Part shown: positions 19,322 to 27,449 of the stretch, one piece after another
Numbering within the stretch: the stretch's first letter is position 1
Layout of the letters: each line of letters opens with the position of its first letter
Assembly (NCBI GenBank): GCA_963770565.1
Contig: CAVYQE010000002.1
Coordinates: 320,001-384,000 of the forward strand
Length of the DNA: 64,000 bases
DNA from: an uncultured Actinomycetota bacterium
GTDB taxonomy: Bacteria > Actinomycetota > Actinomycetes > JAFAQI01
Reading direction: 5' to 3'
Position numbers and translations under genes: made by a program
The notes under the pieces: model-generated
Databases searched by the model: none
Seen by the model: only the letters and a program-made list of their open reading frames with translations
What the model was told of the DNA's origin: nothing

Positions 19322-20279
19322 GGTAGGCCCGCCCGGTGAGGGTCAGGAACACGATCTCGAGCGTCGGCGGCGTCACGGTCGCATCGCGGAGCGCAAGGTC
19401 ATGGCGAGCCCCGGTGGTCGCAACCTGGCCGACGATGCCGGACGCGTCATGAGTGAAGACCCGCGCCACCGGACCCTCGATCTCGACCCGCGACACTCCG
19501 GCGATTGCCTCGACGTCGGACTTGATCGCGGCCGCATCCAGGTCGAACGTCACGGTCACCAAGCTCTCCGCATCGAGGCCCGCCTTCAGTTCCGCCGGCG
19601 ATCCGAGCGCGAGCAACTTGCCGTTGTCGATGATCGCGATCCGCTGGCACAACGTGTCGGCTTCTTCCATGTAGTGCGTGGTCAGCAGGATCGTCTGGCC
19701 GGCTGCATGCAGGTCTTGCAGGATCTCCCACAGGTTGATCCGGGTCTGCGGGTCGATCCCACTGGTCGGCTCGTCGAGGATGAGCACATCGGGCTCATGC
19801 AGGAGTGCGCGCGCGAACATCAAGCGTTGCGCCATCCCGCCCGAGAGCGTCAGCACCTGCGAGTCGGCGCGATCGGTGAGCTGGAACCGCTCGAGCAGCT
19901 CCCCCGCGCGCCGGCGTGACTCGCGGCCACTCAACCCGAAGTAGCGACCGTGGAAAACCAGGTTGTCCCGCACCGACAGCGCCCGGTCGAGGGTGTTGGT
20001 TTGCGGCACCACACCGATCTGCTGCTTGACCGCCGCCGGGTTCTTGGTGACGTCGATGCCGGCGACCTCGGCCGTCCCGCCGGTCGGCCGGACCCGCGTG
20101 GTCAGCATGCCGATCGTGGTCGACTTGCCTGCACCATTTGGCCCGAGCAACCCGAAGAACTCCCCCGAGGTGATCTCGAGGTCGATTCCGTCGACTGCCA
20201 CGATCGGGCCGTGCGGGCCGTCGTACACCTTGCGAAGGCCGCGCACCCGGATCGGCGCCGTGCCCGCGGCGGCCGCCAT
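19314..20279 (-). CDS. ABC exporter ATP-binding protein (DrrA-like)
   Basis: GPNGAGKST, LSGGM, LDEP, TTHYMEEA; ATG overlaps metB stop. Confidence 0.93.
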   Translation of the reverse strand: MAAAAGTAPIRVRGLRKVYDGPHGPIVAVDGIDLEITSGEFFGLLGPNGAGKSTTIGMLTTRVRPTGGTAEVAGIDVTKNPAAVKQQIGVVPQTNTLDRALSVRDNLVFHGRYFGLSGRESRRRAGELLERFQLTDRADSQVLTLSGGMAQRLMFARALLHEPDVLILDEPTSGIDPQTRINLWEILQDLHAAGQTILLTTHYMEEADTLCQRIAIIDNGKLLALGSPAELKAGLDAESLVTVTFDLDAAAIKSDVEAIAGVSRVEIEGPVARVFTHDASGIVGQVATTGARHDLALRDATVTPPTLEIVFLTLTGRAYRE

Positions 20280-21409
20280 CAACCGAGCGCCTGCCGCAGG
20301 TCGGCGAGCAGGTCGTGCGCGGTCTCGATGCCGACCGACAGGCGGACGAGGTCGCTCGGCACCTCGAGCGCAGACCCCGCGACGCTCGAGTGGGTCATCC
20401 GGCCCGGATGCTCGATCAGCGACTCGACCCCGCCGAGTGACTCGGCGAGGGTGAACACGCGGGTCCTGGCACAGATCTCGAGCGCGTGCGCCTCGCCGCC
20501 GGCCACGCGGAACGACACCATGCCGCCGAACCGGGACATCTGCTTGGCGGCGACCTCGTCGCCGTCCGGGTAGTGCACCTGCGTGACCGCGTCGTGCTCG
20601 CGCAGCATCGCCACCACCCGCTCGGCGTTGTCGCAATGGCGATCCATCCGTACGCCGAGGGTCTTGAGGCCACGCAACACCAGCCAGGCGTCGAACGCGC
20701 CGGCCACGCTCCCTATCGCGTTGTGATGGAACGCGATCCGCTCGGCCAGCTCCTGGTCGGAGACGACGAGAGCGCCGCCGACCACATCGCTGTGGCCGCC
20801 GAGGTATTTCGTCGTCGAGTGCATGACGATGTCCGCGCCGAGCCCGATCGGCCGTTGCAGGTACGGCGACGCAAACGTGTTGTCGACGCCGAGCAGCGCG
20901 CCGGCCTCGTGCGCGATCGCTGCGACCGCACCGATATCGACGATCGCCAGCAACGGGTTGGTCGGTGTCTCACACCAGATCAACTTGGTCTCGTCGCGCA
21001 CCGCTGCGCGCACCGCCGCGAGGTCGGTTTGGTCGACCGCGGTGTAGTGCAGGCCCCAGCGCTCGAGCACCTTGTCGAACAACCGGAAGGTTCCGCCGTA
21101 CGCATCTCCGGGGATGACGACGTGGTCGCCCGGAGCGCACAAGGTCCGGAGCAAGGTGTCCTCGGCGGCCAGCCCGCTGGCGAACGCGAACCCGCGTACG
21201 CCGCCTTCGAGCGCGGCGAGGCAGGTCTCGAGCGCGGTCCGGGTCGGGTTGGCGCTTCGGCTGTATTCGTAGCCGCCGCGCAGCCCGCCGACACCGTCCT
21301 GGGCATAGGTGGAGGTGAGGTAGACCGGGGTGATGACCGCGCCGGTCGTCGGGTCGGGTTCCTGACCGGCGTGGATCGCCAGCGTCTCGAAGCCCGGCTG
21401 CTCACCCAC
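20279..21409 (-). CDS. metB: Cystathionine gamma-synthase/gamma-lyase
   Basis: FETLAIHAGQ, YSRSANPT, ETPTNP, HSTTKYLGGHSD (PLP lysine), AESLGGVESL; adjacent to cbs. Confidence 0.92.
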   Translation of the reverse strand: MGEQPGFETLAIHAGQEPDPTTGAVITPVYLTSTYAQDGVGGLRGGYEYSRSANPTRTALETCLAALEGGVRGFAFASGLAAEDTLLRTLCAPGDHVVIPGDAYGGTFRLFDKVLERWGLHYTAVDQTDLAAVRAAVRDETKLIWCETPTNPLLAIVDIGAVAAIAHEAGALLGVDNTFASPYLQRPIGLGADIVMHSTTKYLGGHSDVVGGALVVSDQELAERIAFHHNAIGSVAGAFDAWLVLRGLKTLGVRMDRHCDNAERVVAMLREHDAVTQVHYPDGDEVAAKQMSRFGGMVSFRVAGGEAHALEICARTRVFTLAESLGGVESLIEHPGRMTHSSVAGSALEVPSDLVRLSVGIETAHDLLADLRQALG

Positions 21410-21454
21410 GCCGGCCAGCCTATTGCCGCGTCCCCGCCGATCCCCCGCCATCGA

Positions 21455-21539
21455 CCAAGCAATGTCACATTGCCCAGCCCTTTCCTGGGGGACTGTCACA
21501 TTGCCCCCACGAAGTGTGGGGCAATGTGACATTGCTTGG
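21455..21539. repeat. 85-bp REP-like palindromic element, copy 1
   Basis: 21-bp terminal inverted repeats CCAAGCAATGTCACATTGCCC; three TGT(C/G)ACA cores at 31-bp period separated by GC hairpins. Confidence 0.85.
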
Positions 21540-21545
21540 AATGGG

Positions 21546-22916
21546 CTAGCCGGCCGCGAGGAAGCCGAGCAGGTCCTGCCGCGTGACGATCCCGACCGGG
21601 CGGCCGTCGTCGAGGACGAGGGCGGCGTCGGCGTGGTGCAACGCGGCCATCGCCGCCTCGACCGGCTCGCCGGCGCCGATCATCGGCAGCGGGTCGGACA
21701 TGTGCCGCTCGAGCGGGTCGGCCAGCCTGGCCCGGCCGCTGAACAACGCATCGAGCAGGTCTCGCTCGACCACCGACCCCATTACCTCGGCTGCCATCAC
21801 CGGCGGCTCGGTCTGCACGACCGGCATCTGCGACACGGCGTACTCCCGCAGGATGTCGATCGCTTCGCGAACTGTCTCGTTCGGATGGACGTGGACGAAC
21901 TCCGGCATCTGCAGGCCCTTGCGGGTCAGCACCTCCGCGACCGTCGCGGTTCGGTCGCCGACCGCGAGGAAGCCGTAGTCGGCCATCCAGTCGTCATTGA
22001 AAATCTTCGACAGGTAGCCGCGGCCGCCGTCCGGCAACAGCACGACGACGATGTCGTCGGCGGTCAGCCGCGACGCAACCTCGAGCGCGGCGACCACCGC
22101 CATGCCGCAGGATCCGCCGACGAGCAGCCCCTCCTCCCGCGCCAGCCGCCGGGTCATGACGAAGGAGTCGGCGTCCGAGACCGCGATGATCTCGTCGCAG
22201 ACCTCGCGGTCGTAGTTGGCCGGCCAGAAGTCCTCGCCGACGCCTTCGACGAGATAAGGCCGGCCGGTCCCGCCCGAATAAACCGAGCCCTCCGGGTCCG
22301 CACCGATCACCTGCACCCGGCCCTCGGACTCCGCCTTCAAGAACCGGCCGGTGCCGCTGATCGTGCCGCCGGTGCCGACGCCGGCCACGAAGTGGGTGAT
22401 CTGCCCGTCGGTCTGCTGCCAGAGCTCAGGCCCGGTGGTCTCGTAGTGCGACCGGGGGTTGGCCGGGTTGGAGTACTGGTCGGGCTTCCAGCCGCCGGGG
22501 CGCTCGCGGGCCAGCCGGTCGGACACGCTGTAGTAGGAATCCGGGTGGTCGGGCGGCACCGCGGTGGGGCACACCACGACCTCTGCGCCGTACGCCTTGA
22601 GCACGTTGATCTTGTCGGCCGACACCTTGTCCGGGCAGACGAAGACGCAGGAATAGCCGCGCTGCTGCGCCACCAGGGCCAGGCCGATCCCGGTGTTGCC
22701 ACTGGTCGGCTCGACGATCGTGCCGCCCGGCTTCAGCGCGCCCGAGCGTTCCGCGTCGTCGATCATCCGCAACGCGATCCGATCCTTGACCGACCCGCCC
22801 GGATTCAGGTATTCGACCTTCGCCAGCACGGTGGCCGCGACCCCTTTGGTCACCGAGCGAAGCCGGACAAGCGGGGTGTGCCCGATCAGGTCAACTACTG
22901 AGTCGTAGACCTCCAC
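21546..22916 (-). CDS. cbs: Cystathionine beta-synthase with C-terminal CBS domains
   Basis: NPGGSVKDR, EPTSGNTG, GVGTGGT, C-terminal CBS pair. Confidence 0.95.
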   Translation of the reverse strand: MEVYDSVVDLIGHTPLVRLRSVTKGVAATVLAKVEYLNPGGSVKDRIALRMIDDAERSGALKPGGTIVEPTSGNTGIGLALVAQQRGYSCVFVCPDKVSADKINVLKAYGAEVVVCPTAVPPDHPDSYYSVSDRLARERPGGWKPDQYSNPANPRSHYETTGPELWQQTDGQITHFVAGVGTGGTISGTGRFLKAESEGRVQVIGADPEGSVYSGGTGRPYLVEGVGEDFWPANYDREVCDEIIAVSDADSFVMTRRLAREEGLLVGGSCGMAVVAALEVASRLTADDIVVVLLPDGGRGYLSKIFNDDWMADYGFLAVGDRTATVAEVLTRKGLQMPEFVHVHPNETVREAIDILREYAVSQMPVVQTEPPVMAAEVMGSVVERDLLDALFSGRARLADPLERHMSDPLPMIGAGEPVEAAMAALHHADAALVLDDGRPVGIVTRQDLLGFLAAG

Positions 22917-22962
22917 GTGGGGGAACGTACCCTGAGAGGCACCGCCACTGTGAGGAGTCACC

Positions 22963-24186
22963 ATGTCCGAGGCCGTCATCGTCGCGACCGCACGCTCCCC
23001 GATCGGTCGGGCGTTCAAGGGCTCGATGGTCGACTTCCGGCCCGACGACCTCGCCGCCACGATCATCCGCACCGCACTGGACAAGGTGCCGCAACTCGAC
23101 CCGCACACCGTCAACGACCTGATCGTCGGATGCGGCCTGCCCGGGGGCGAGCAGGGGTTCAACCTCGGCCGGGTGCTCGCCGTCAAGCTCGGTCTGGACG
23201 ACGTACCGGGTACGACGATCACCCGCTACTGCTCGTCGAGCCTGCAGTCCACCCGGATGGCCTTCCATGCCATCAAGGCCAGTGAAGGAGACGTCTTCAT
23301 CAGCGCGGGGGTCGAGATGGTCAGCCGCTTCATCAAGGGCAGCAGCGACTCGCTGCCGGACACCCAGGACCCGACCTTCGCCGAGGCCCAGGCCCGCTCG
23401 GCCAAGGCCGCCGAGGGCAACTTCCACTGGTCCGACCCGCGCGACTCCGGTGACATCCCCGACGTCTACATCGCGATGGGCCAGACCGCCGAGAACGTCG
23501 CCGAGATCAAGGGCGTCACCCGCGCCGAGCAGGACGAGTTCGGCGTCCGCTCGCAGAACCTGGCCGAGAAGGCGATCGCGAACGGCTTCTGGGAGCGCGA
23601 GATCACCGCAGTCACCTCGCCAGCCGGTGCGGTGGTCGAGAAGGACGACGGACCGCGGCCGGGGGTGACCCTCGAGGGCGTGTCCGGGCTCAAGCCGGTC
23701 TTCCGGCCGGACGGCACGGTCACCGCCGGCAACTGCTGCCCGCTCAACGACGGCGCCGCCGCGGTCATCGTCATGAGCGCCGAGAAGGCCGCCGAGCTGG
23801 GCATCACGCCGCTGGCCCGGATCGTGTCAACCGGCCTGTCCGGGTTGAGCCCCGAGATCATGGGCCTCGGCCCGATCGAGGCCACCCGTCGCGCCCTGGC
23901 CTACGCCGGCAAGACGATCGACGACATCGACCTGATCGAGATCAACGAGGCGTTCGCCGCCCAGGTGATCCCCTCCGCCCGTGGCATCGGGATCGACCCG
24001 TTCGGCGACAAGCTCAACGTCAACGGCGGCGCGATCGCGGTCGGCCACCCGTTCGGGATGACCGGCGCCCGGATCACCACGACGCTGATCAACTCGCTGC
24101 AGACCCACGACAAGACCTTCGGCCTCGAGACGATGTGCGTCGGCGGCGGCCAGGGCATGGCGATGGTGCTGGAGCGGTTGAGCTGA
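22963..24186 (+). CDS. fadA: Acetyl-CoA C-acetyltransferase (thiolase)
   Basis: RYCSSSL, NEAFA, GHPFGMTG, CVGGGQG. Confidence 0.95.
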   Translation: MSEAVIVATARSPIGRAFKGSMVDFRPDDLAATIIRTALDKVPQLDPHTVNDLIVGCGLPGGEQGFNLGRVLAVKLGLDDVPGTTITRYCSSSLQSTRMAFHAIKASEGDVFISAGVEMVSRFIKGSSDSLPDTQDPTFAEAQARSAKAAEGNFHWSDPRDSGDIPDVYIAMGQTAENVAEIKGVTRAEQDEFGVRSQNLAEKAIANGFWEREITAVTSPAGAVVEKDDGPRPGVTLEGVSGLKPVFRPDGTVTAGNCCPLNDGAAAVIVMSAEKAAELGITPLARIVSTGLSGLSPEIMGLGPIEATRRALAYAGKTIDDIDLIEINEAFAAQVIPSARGIGIDPFGDKLNVNGGAIAVGHPFGMTGARITTTLINSLQTHDKTFGLETMCVGGGQGMAMVLERLS

Positions 24187-24209
24187 CCGGCTCGCCCGCT
24201 GCCCGCTAG

Positions 24210-24542
24210 CTAGCGGGTCTGCTCGAGCGCCTCGCGGATCGCCTCGACCACGGCGGTCAGCAGGTCGTCGTCGGGAGTGGCGCTCAGGGCGGCCAGGGCG
24301 TCGCCGCCAACCACCGCCACCGCGTCGGCAAGCGCATGCATCGCGATCGGCGGCACCGGTGGGACCGGGCGCCCCTCGGCCAGCCCGGAGAGCTCGGCGA
24401 GGCGGTCCACGGCGGCCACCGCGGCCTTGCGCCGAGACCGCCAGGCCGGCGGGGACAACGACCGGAGCCGCAGCACCAGCCGGGCCAGCTCCCCACGGGC
24501 CAGCACCAGCCGATGCTCGTAGTCGGGATCCCCACCCCTCAT
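24210..24542 (-). CDS. Hypothetical helical protein
   Basis: GC3-biased ORF filling the gap; start uncertain. Confidence 0.55.
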   Translation of the reverse strand: MRGGDPDYEHRLVLARGELARLVLRLRSLSPPAWRSRRKAAVAAVDRLAELSGLAEGRPVPPVPPIAMHALADAVAVVGGDALAALSATPDDDLLTAVVEAIREALEQTR

Positions 24543-24639
24543 CCGGCGAAGGCTAGCGAGAACTAGGCGCCGAAGGCTTGTCCACGGCCCGCGACTGCGG
24601 GAGACTGTCGGTACCGCTATCGCCAGCCAGGAGGCGCAC

Positions 24640-24867
24640 ATGTCGTTGCCCCAGTCCGAGGACACCCACCAGTCACTTCTGGCGAGAATCCCTCTGACTA
24701 CGGGCCGCGATGTCCCGGCCTGGCTGGGCTGCCTTGACGAAGGCCCCACCCTGCTGCGCTTCGACGAGCGGGTGACGTGGCTGCGCGACGAGCACAGCCT
24801 GCCGCACGGCTATGCCCGGGCGATCGTGCACGAGCACGACCGGCGCCGCGCGGCCAACCGGGCCTAG
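24640..24867 (+). CDS. DUF4287-like small protein
   Basis: AGGAGG RBS; TTGR...W and WLRDEHSLPHGYARAIVH signature. Confidence 0.8.
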   Translation: MSLPQSEDTHQSLLARIPLTTGRDVPAWLGCLDEGPTLLRFDERVTWLRDEHSLPHGYARAIVHEHDRRRAANRA

Positions 24868-24875
24868 CCCCGGCA

Positions 24876-25286
24876 GTGGACCTCGACGTCGCGCGAGGGT
24901 TCCTCCGCGCCAACCATCGCGCCGTACTCGCCACGCTTCGCCGGGACGGCGCGCCTCAGCTGTCGCCGATCACCGCCGGGATCGACGCCGACGGCTACGT
25001 GATCGTGTCCACCCGCGAGACAGCGGCCAAGACCAAGAACGTACGGCGTGACCCGCGGGCCTGGCTCTGCGTACTCACCGACGGGTTCTTCGGCGAGTTC
25101 GTCCAGATCGAGGGCACCGTCACGGTGGTCTCGCTCCCAGAGGCGATGGATGCGCTGGTCGACTACTACCGGTCGATCTCCGGCGAGCACCCCGACTGGG
25201 ACGACTACCGGGCCGCGATGGTGCGCGACCAGCGGGTGGTCCTCAAGATCGAGCTGACCCGAGCCGGACCGGACTTCTCCGGCTGA
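24876..25286 (+). CDS. PPOX-class F420-dependent oxidoreductase
   Basis: LATLRRDGAPQLSP, AKTKNVRRDPR, GEHPDWDDYRAAM. Confidence 0.9.
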   Translation: MDLDVARGFLRANHRAVLATLRRDGAPQLSPITAGIDADGYVIVSTRETAAKTKNVRRDPRAWLCVLTDGFFGEFVQIEGTVTVVSLPEAMDALVDYYRSISGEHPDWDDYRAAMVRDQRVVLKIELTRAGPDFSG

Positions 25287-25288
25287 TC

Positions 25289-25373
25289 CCAAGCAATGTC
25301 ACATTGCCCCGCCCTTTGGCGGGGTGATGTCACAGTGCCCCCGGCTTTGCCGGGGCAATGTGACATTGCTTGG
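25289..25373. repeat. 85-bp REP-like palindromic element, copy 2
   Basis: Same terminal inverted repeats (perfect over 24 bp, 25288-25374) and same 31-bp period as copy 1; lies between convergent genes. Confidence 0.85.
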
Positions 25374-25396
25374 GGTGACCCGGGCGCGGGCCTCGG

Positions 25397-25873
25397 CTAC
25401 GCGTAGATCAGCCGGGTTAGCCAGTCCGCGACAAGTGCCGGCTTCGACTCACCCTCGATCTCGACCGTCATCGTCCGGGTGGTCTGGATGGTGGCCGGGT
25501 CCTTCAGCTCGGCCGCGGCGAGCACGCTCAAGCACCTGATCCGGGAGTCGACCTTGACCGGCGAGATGAAGCGCACCTTTTCGAAGCCGTAGTTCACTCC
25601 CATCACCAGGCCGTCCAGCCGCTCCGGCGGCTGCGGGATCGACGCCGAGAGCTTCACCAGCAGCGACAGGGTGAGGAAGCCGTGCGCGACCGTGACCCCC
25701 CACGGCGAGAGCTCGGCGGCGAGCTTGGGGTCGACGTGGATGAACTGATGGTCCTCGGTGACGTCGGCGAACGCATTGATCCGCTCCTGGGTCACCTCGA
25801 GCCAGTCGCCGGTCCCCTCTGGCTGGCCGATAGCGGCCTTGAACAACTCGTAGGCGTCTTCGGCCTTGGTCAT
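25397..25873 (-). CDS. MaoC-family dehydratase
   Basis: FADVTEDHQFIHVDP, AHGFLTLSL, NYGFEKVRF. Confidence 0.92.
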   Translation of the reverse strand: MTKAEDAYELFKAAIGQPEGTGDWLEVTQERINAFADVTEDHQFIHVDPKLAAELSPWGVTVAHGFLTLSLLVKLSASIPQPPERLDGLVMGVNYGFEKVRFISPVKVDSRIRCLSVLAAAELKDPATIQTTRTMTVEIEGESKPALVADWLTRLIYA

Positions 25874-25921
25874 CTGCGTGTCCTTCCGATGTCGAGGCCC
25901 GGCGGTTGACCGGCGGTTGCG

Positions 25922-26005
25922 TGCCCGGGGTGGGGTTCGAACCCACAAACCCTTGCGGGCCAGGGCTTTTAAGGCCCCTGCGTCAGCCAGTTGCGCCACC
26001 CGGGC
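25922..26005 (-). tRNA. tRNA-Leu (anticodon UAA), bldA-type; CCA not encoded
   Basis: GCCCGGG acceptor stem; GGGGC-CTTAAAA-GCCCT anticodon arm; long variable arm; GGTTCGAACCC T-arm. Confidence 0.96.
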
Positions 26006-26042
26006 GGCACCCGAGACGCTACAAGCAACCGGCCGCGGCCGA

Positions 26043-27356
26043 CTACTGTTCGGCGGCGCTGGCGAACTCGCGCTTGGGCTCCGCGAACGTGCCCAACGAC
26101 ACGATCTCGCGCCGGAAGAACAACGCCAGCGTCCAGTCGGCGACGACCCGAACCTTACGGTTGAGCGTCGGCATCCGGGACACGTGGTAGGTGCGGTGCA
26201 TGAACCAGGCCGGGAACCCTTTGACCTTGATGCCGTAGACCTCCGCCACGCCGCGGTGCAGGCCGAGGCTCGCGACCGAGCCGGCGTAGGCATGGCGGTA
26301 GTCCCGAAGCGGTTTGCCCCGCAACGACGCCACCAGGTTGTCGCCCAGCTGCTTCGCCTGCCGGACCGCGTGTTGCGCAGTCGGCCCGCAGAGTGCATTC
26401 GGGTCGTCCTTGGTGAGATCCGGTACGGCGGCGCTGTCGCCGGCCGACCAGGCGCCCTCGACCCCTTCGACCCGGAGGTCGGGGCGGCACTTCAGTCGCT
26501 TGGCGCTGTCGAGCGGCAGGTCGGTCCGCTCCAACATCGGGTTGGCCCGGACGCCGGCCGTCCACACGATCGTGTCGCTCTCGAGCGTCGAACCATCGGT
26601 GAGCACCACCCGGCCGCCGATCATCGACTCGACCTTGGTGTTGCGGCGTACCTCGATGCCACGCTTCTCGAGCTGACGGACGGTGTATTCGGCCATGTCC
26701 GGGCTGACCTCGGGCAGGATCCGCCCGGTGGCCTCGACCATCACCCAGGTCATGTCCGGCTCGGTCAGGCCGGGATAGAACCGCAGCGCGTCGCGGGCCA
26801 TGTCCTCGAGCTCGGCGATCGCCTCGATGCCGGCGTAGCCGCCACCGATGAAGACGAAGGTCAGGGCCCGTCTGCGCAGCGCCGCGTCCTCCGTCGACAC
26901 GGCGAGGTCGAGGCGGGACAGCACCTGGTTGCGCAGGTAGATCGCCTCCGCGACGGTGTGGAAGCCGATGCCGTTCTCGGCCAGACCGGGAATCGGAAGC
27001 GTCCGCGCGATCGACCCGGGTGCCAGCACAAGCACGTCATAGGACAGGTCCCGGCCGGCCCCCTCGACCGGCTCGAACCGGGCCGTACGCCGTTCGTGAC
27101 TGAGCGAAGCGATCCGGCCATTGAGGATCTCGCAGCGGGTGAGGACCTTGCGCAGCGGCACGACCAGATGGCGCGGCTCCAAGTTGCCCGCGGCCGATTC
27201 CGGGAGGAACGGCTGGTAGGTCATGTACGACTGCGGGTCGACGATCGTGATCGTGGCCTCACCGCGCCGCAGCCGGCGTTGCAGCCGCAGCGCGGTGTAC
27301 ATGCCCACATAGCCGCCCCCGACGATCAGGATGCGTGGCGGCGACGGATTAGTCAT
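26043..27356 (-). CDS. ndh: Type II NADH dehydrogenase-family FAD oxidoreductase
   Basis: IVGGGYVG, YQPFLPE, IGGGYAGIE, WTAGV, AGD, PTAQHA. Confidence 0.92.
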   Translation of the reverse strand: MTNPSPPRILIVGGGYVGMYTALRLQRRLRRGEATITIVDPQSYMTYQPFLPESAAGNLEPRHLVVPLRKVLTRCEILNGRIASLSHERRTARFEPVEGAGRDLSYDVLVLAPGSIARTLPIPGLAENGIGFHTVAEAIYLRNQVLSRLDLAVSTEDAALRRRALTFVFIGGGYAGIEAIAELEDMARDALRFYPGLTEPDMTWVMVEATGRILPEVSPDMAEYTVRQLEKRGIEVRRNTKVESMIGGRVVLTDGSTLESDTIVWTAGVRANPMLERTDLPLDSAKRLKCRPDLRVEGVEGAWSAGDSAAVPDLTKDDPNALCGPTAQHAVRQAKQLGDNLVASLRGKPLRDYRHAYAGSVASLGLHRGVAEVYGIKVKGFPAWFMHRTYHVSRMPTLNRKVRVVADWTLALFFRREIVSLGTFAEPKREFASAAEQ

Positions 27357-27449
27357 GCTCAGTTCATACCCGAACGGTGGATTGCCAATAACGGCGCCCA
27401 GGTGCGTGAAATGGCACAGTAGACAGGTGGATCGTCGACAGGGGTCTCG

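Noticed and set aside
21455-21539. Mini-CRISPR interpretation of the 31-bp periodic elements
   Set aside because: Only three units, the last one inverted; spacers are 16 bp and self-complementary; no cas genes in the window
25922-26005. tRNA as integration site of a genomic island
   Set aside because: No integrase and no duplicated tRNA 3' end seen in the window
27400-27422. Rex operator upstream of ndh (CGTGAAATGGCACA)
   Set aside because: Spacing and symmetry do not fit TGTGAA-N4-TTCACA
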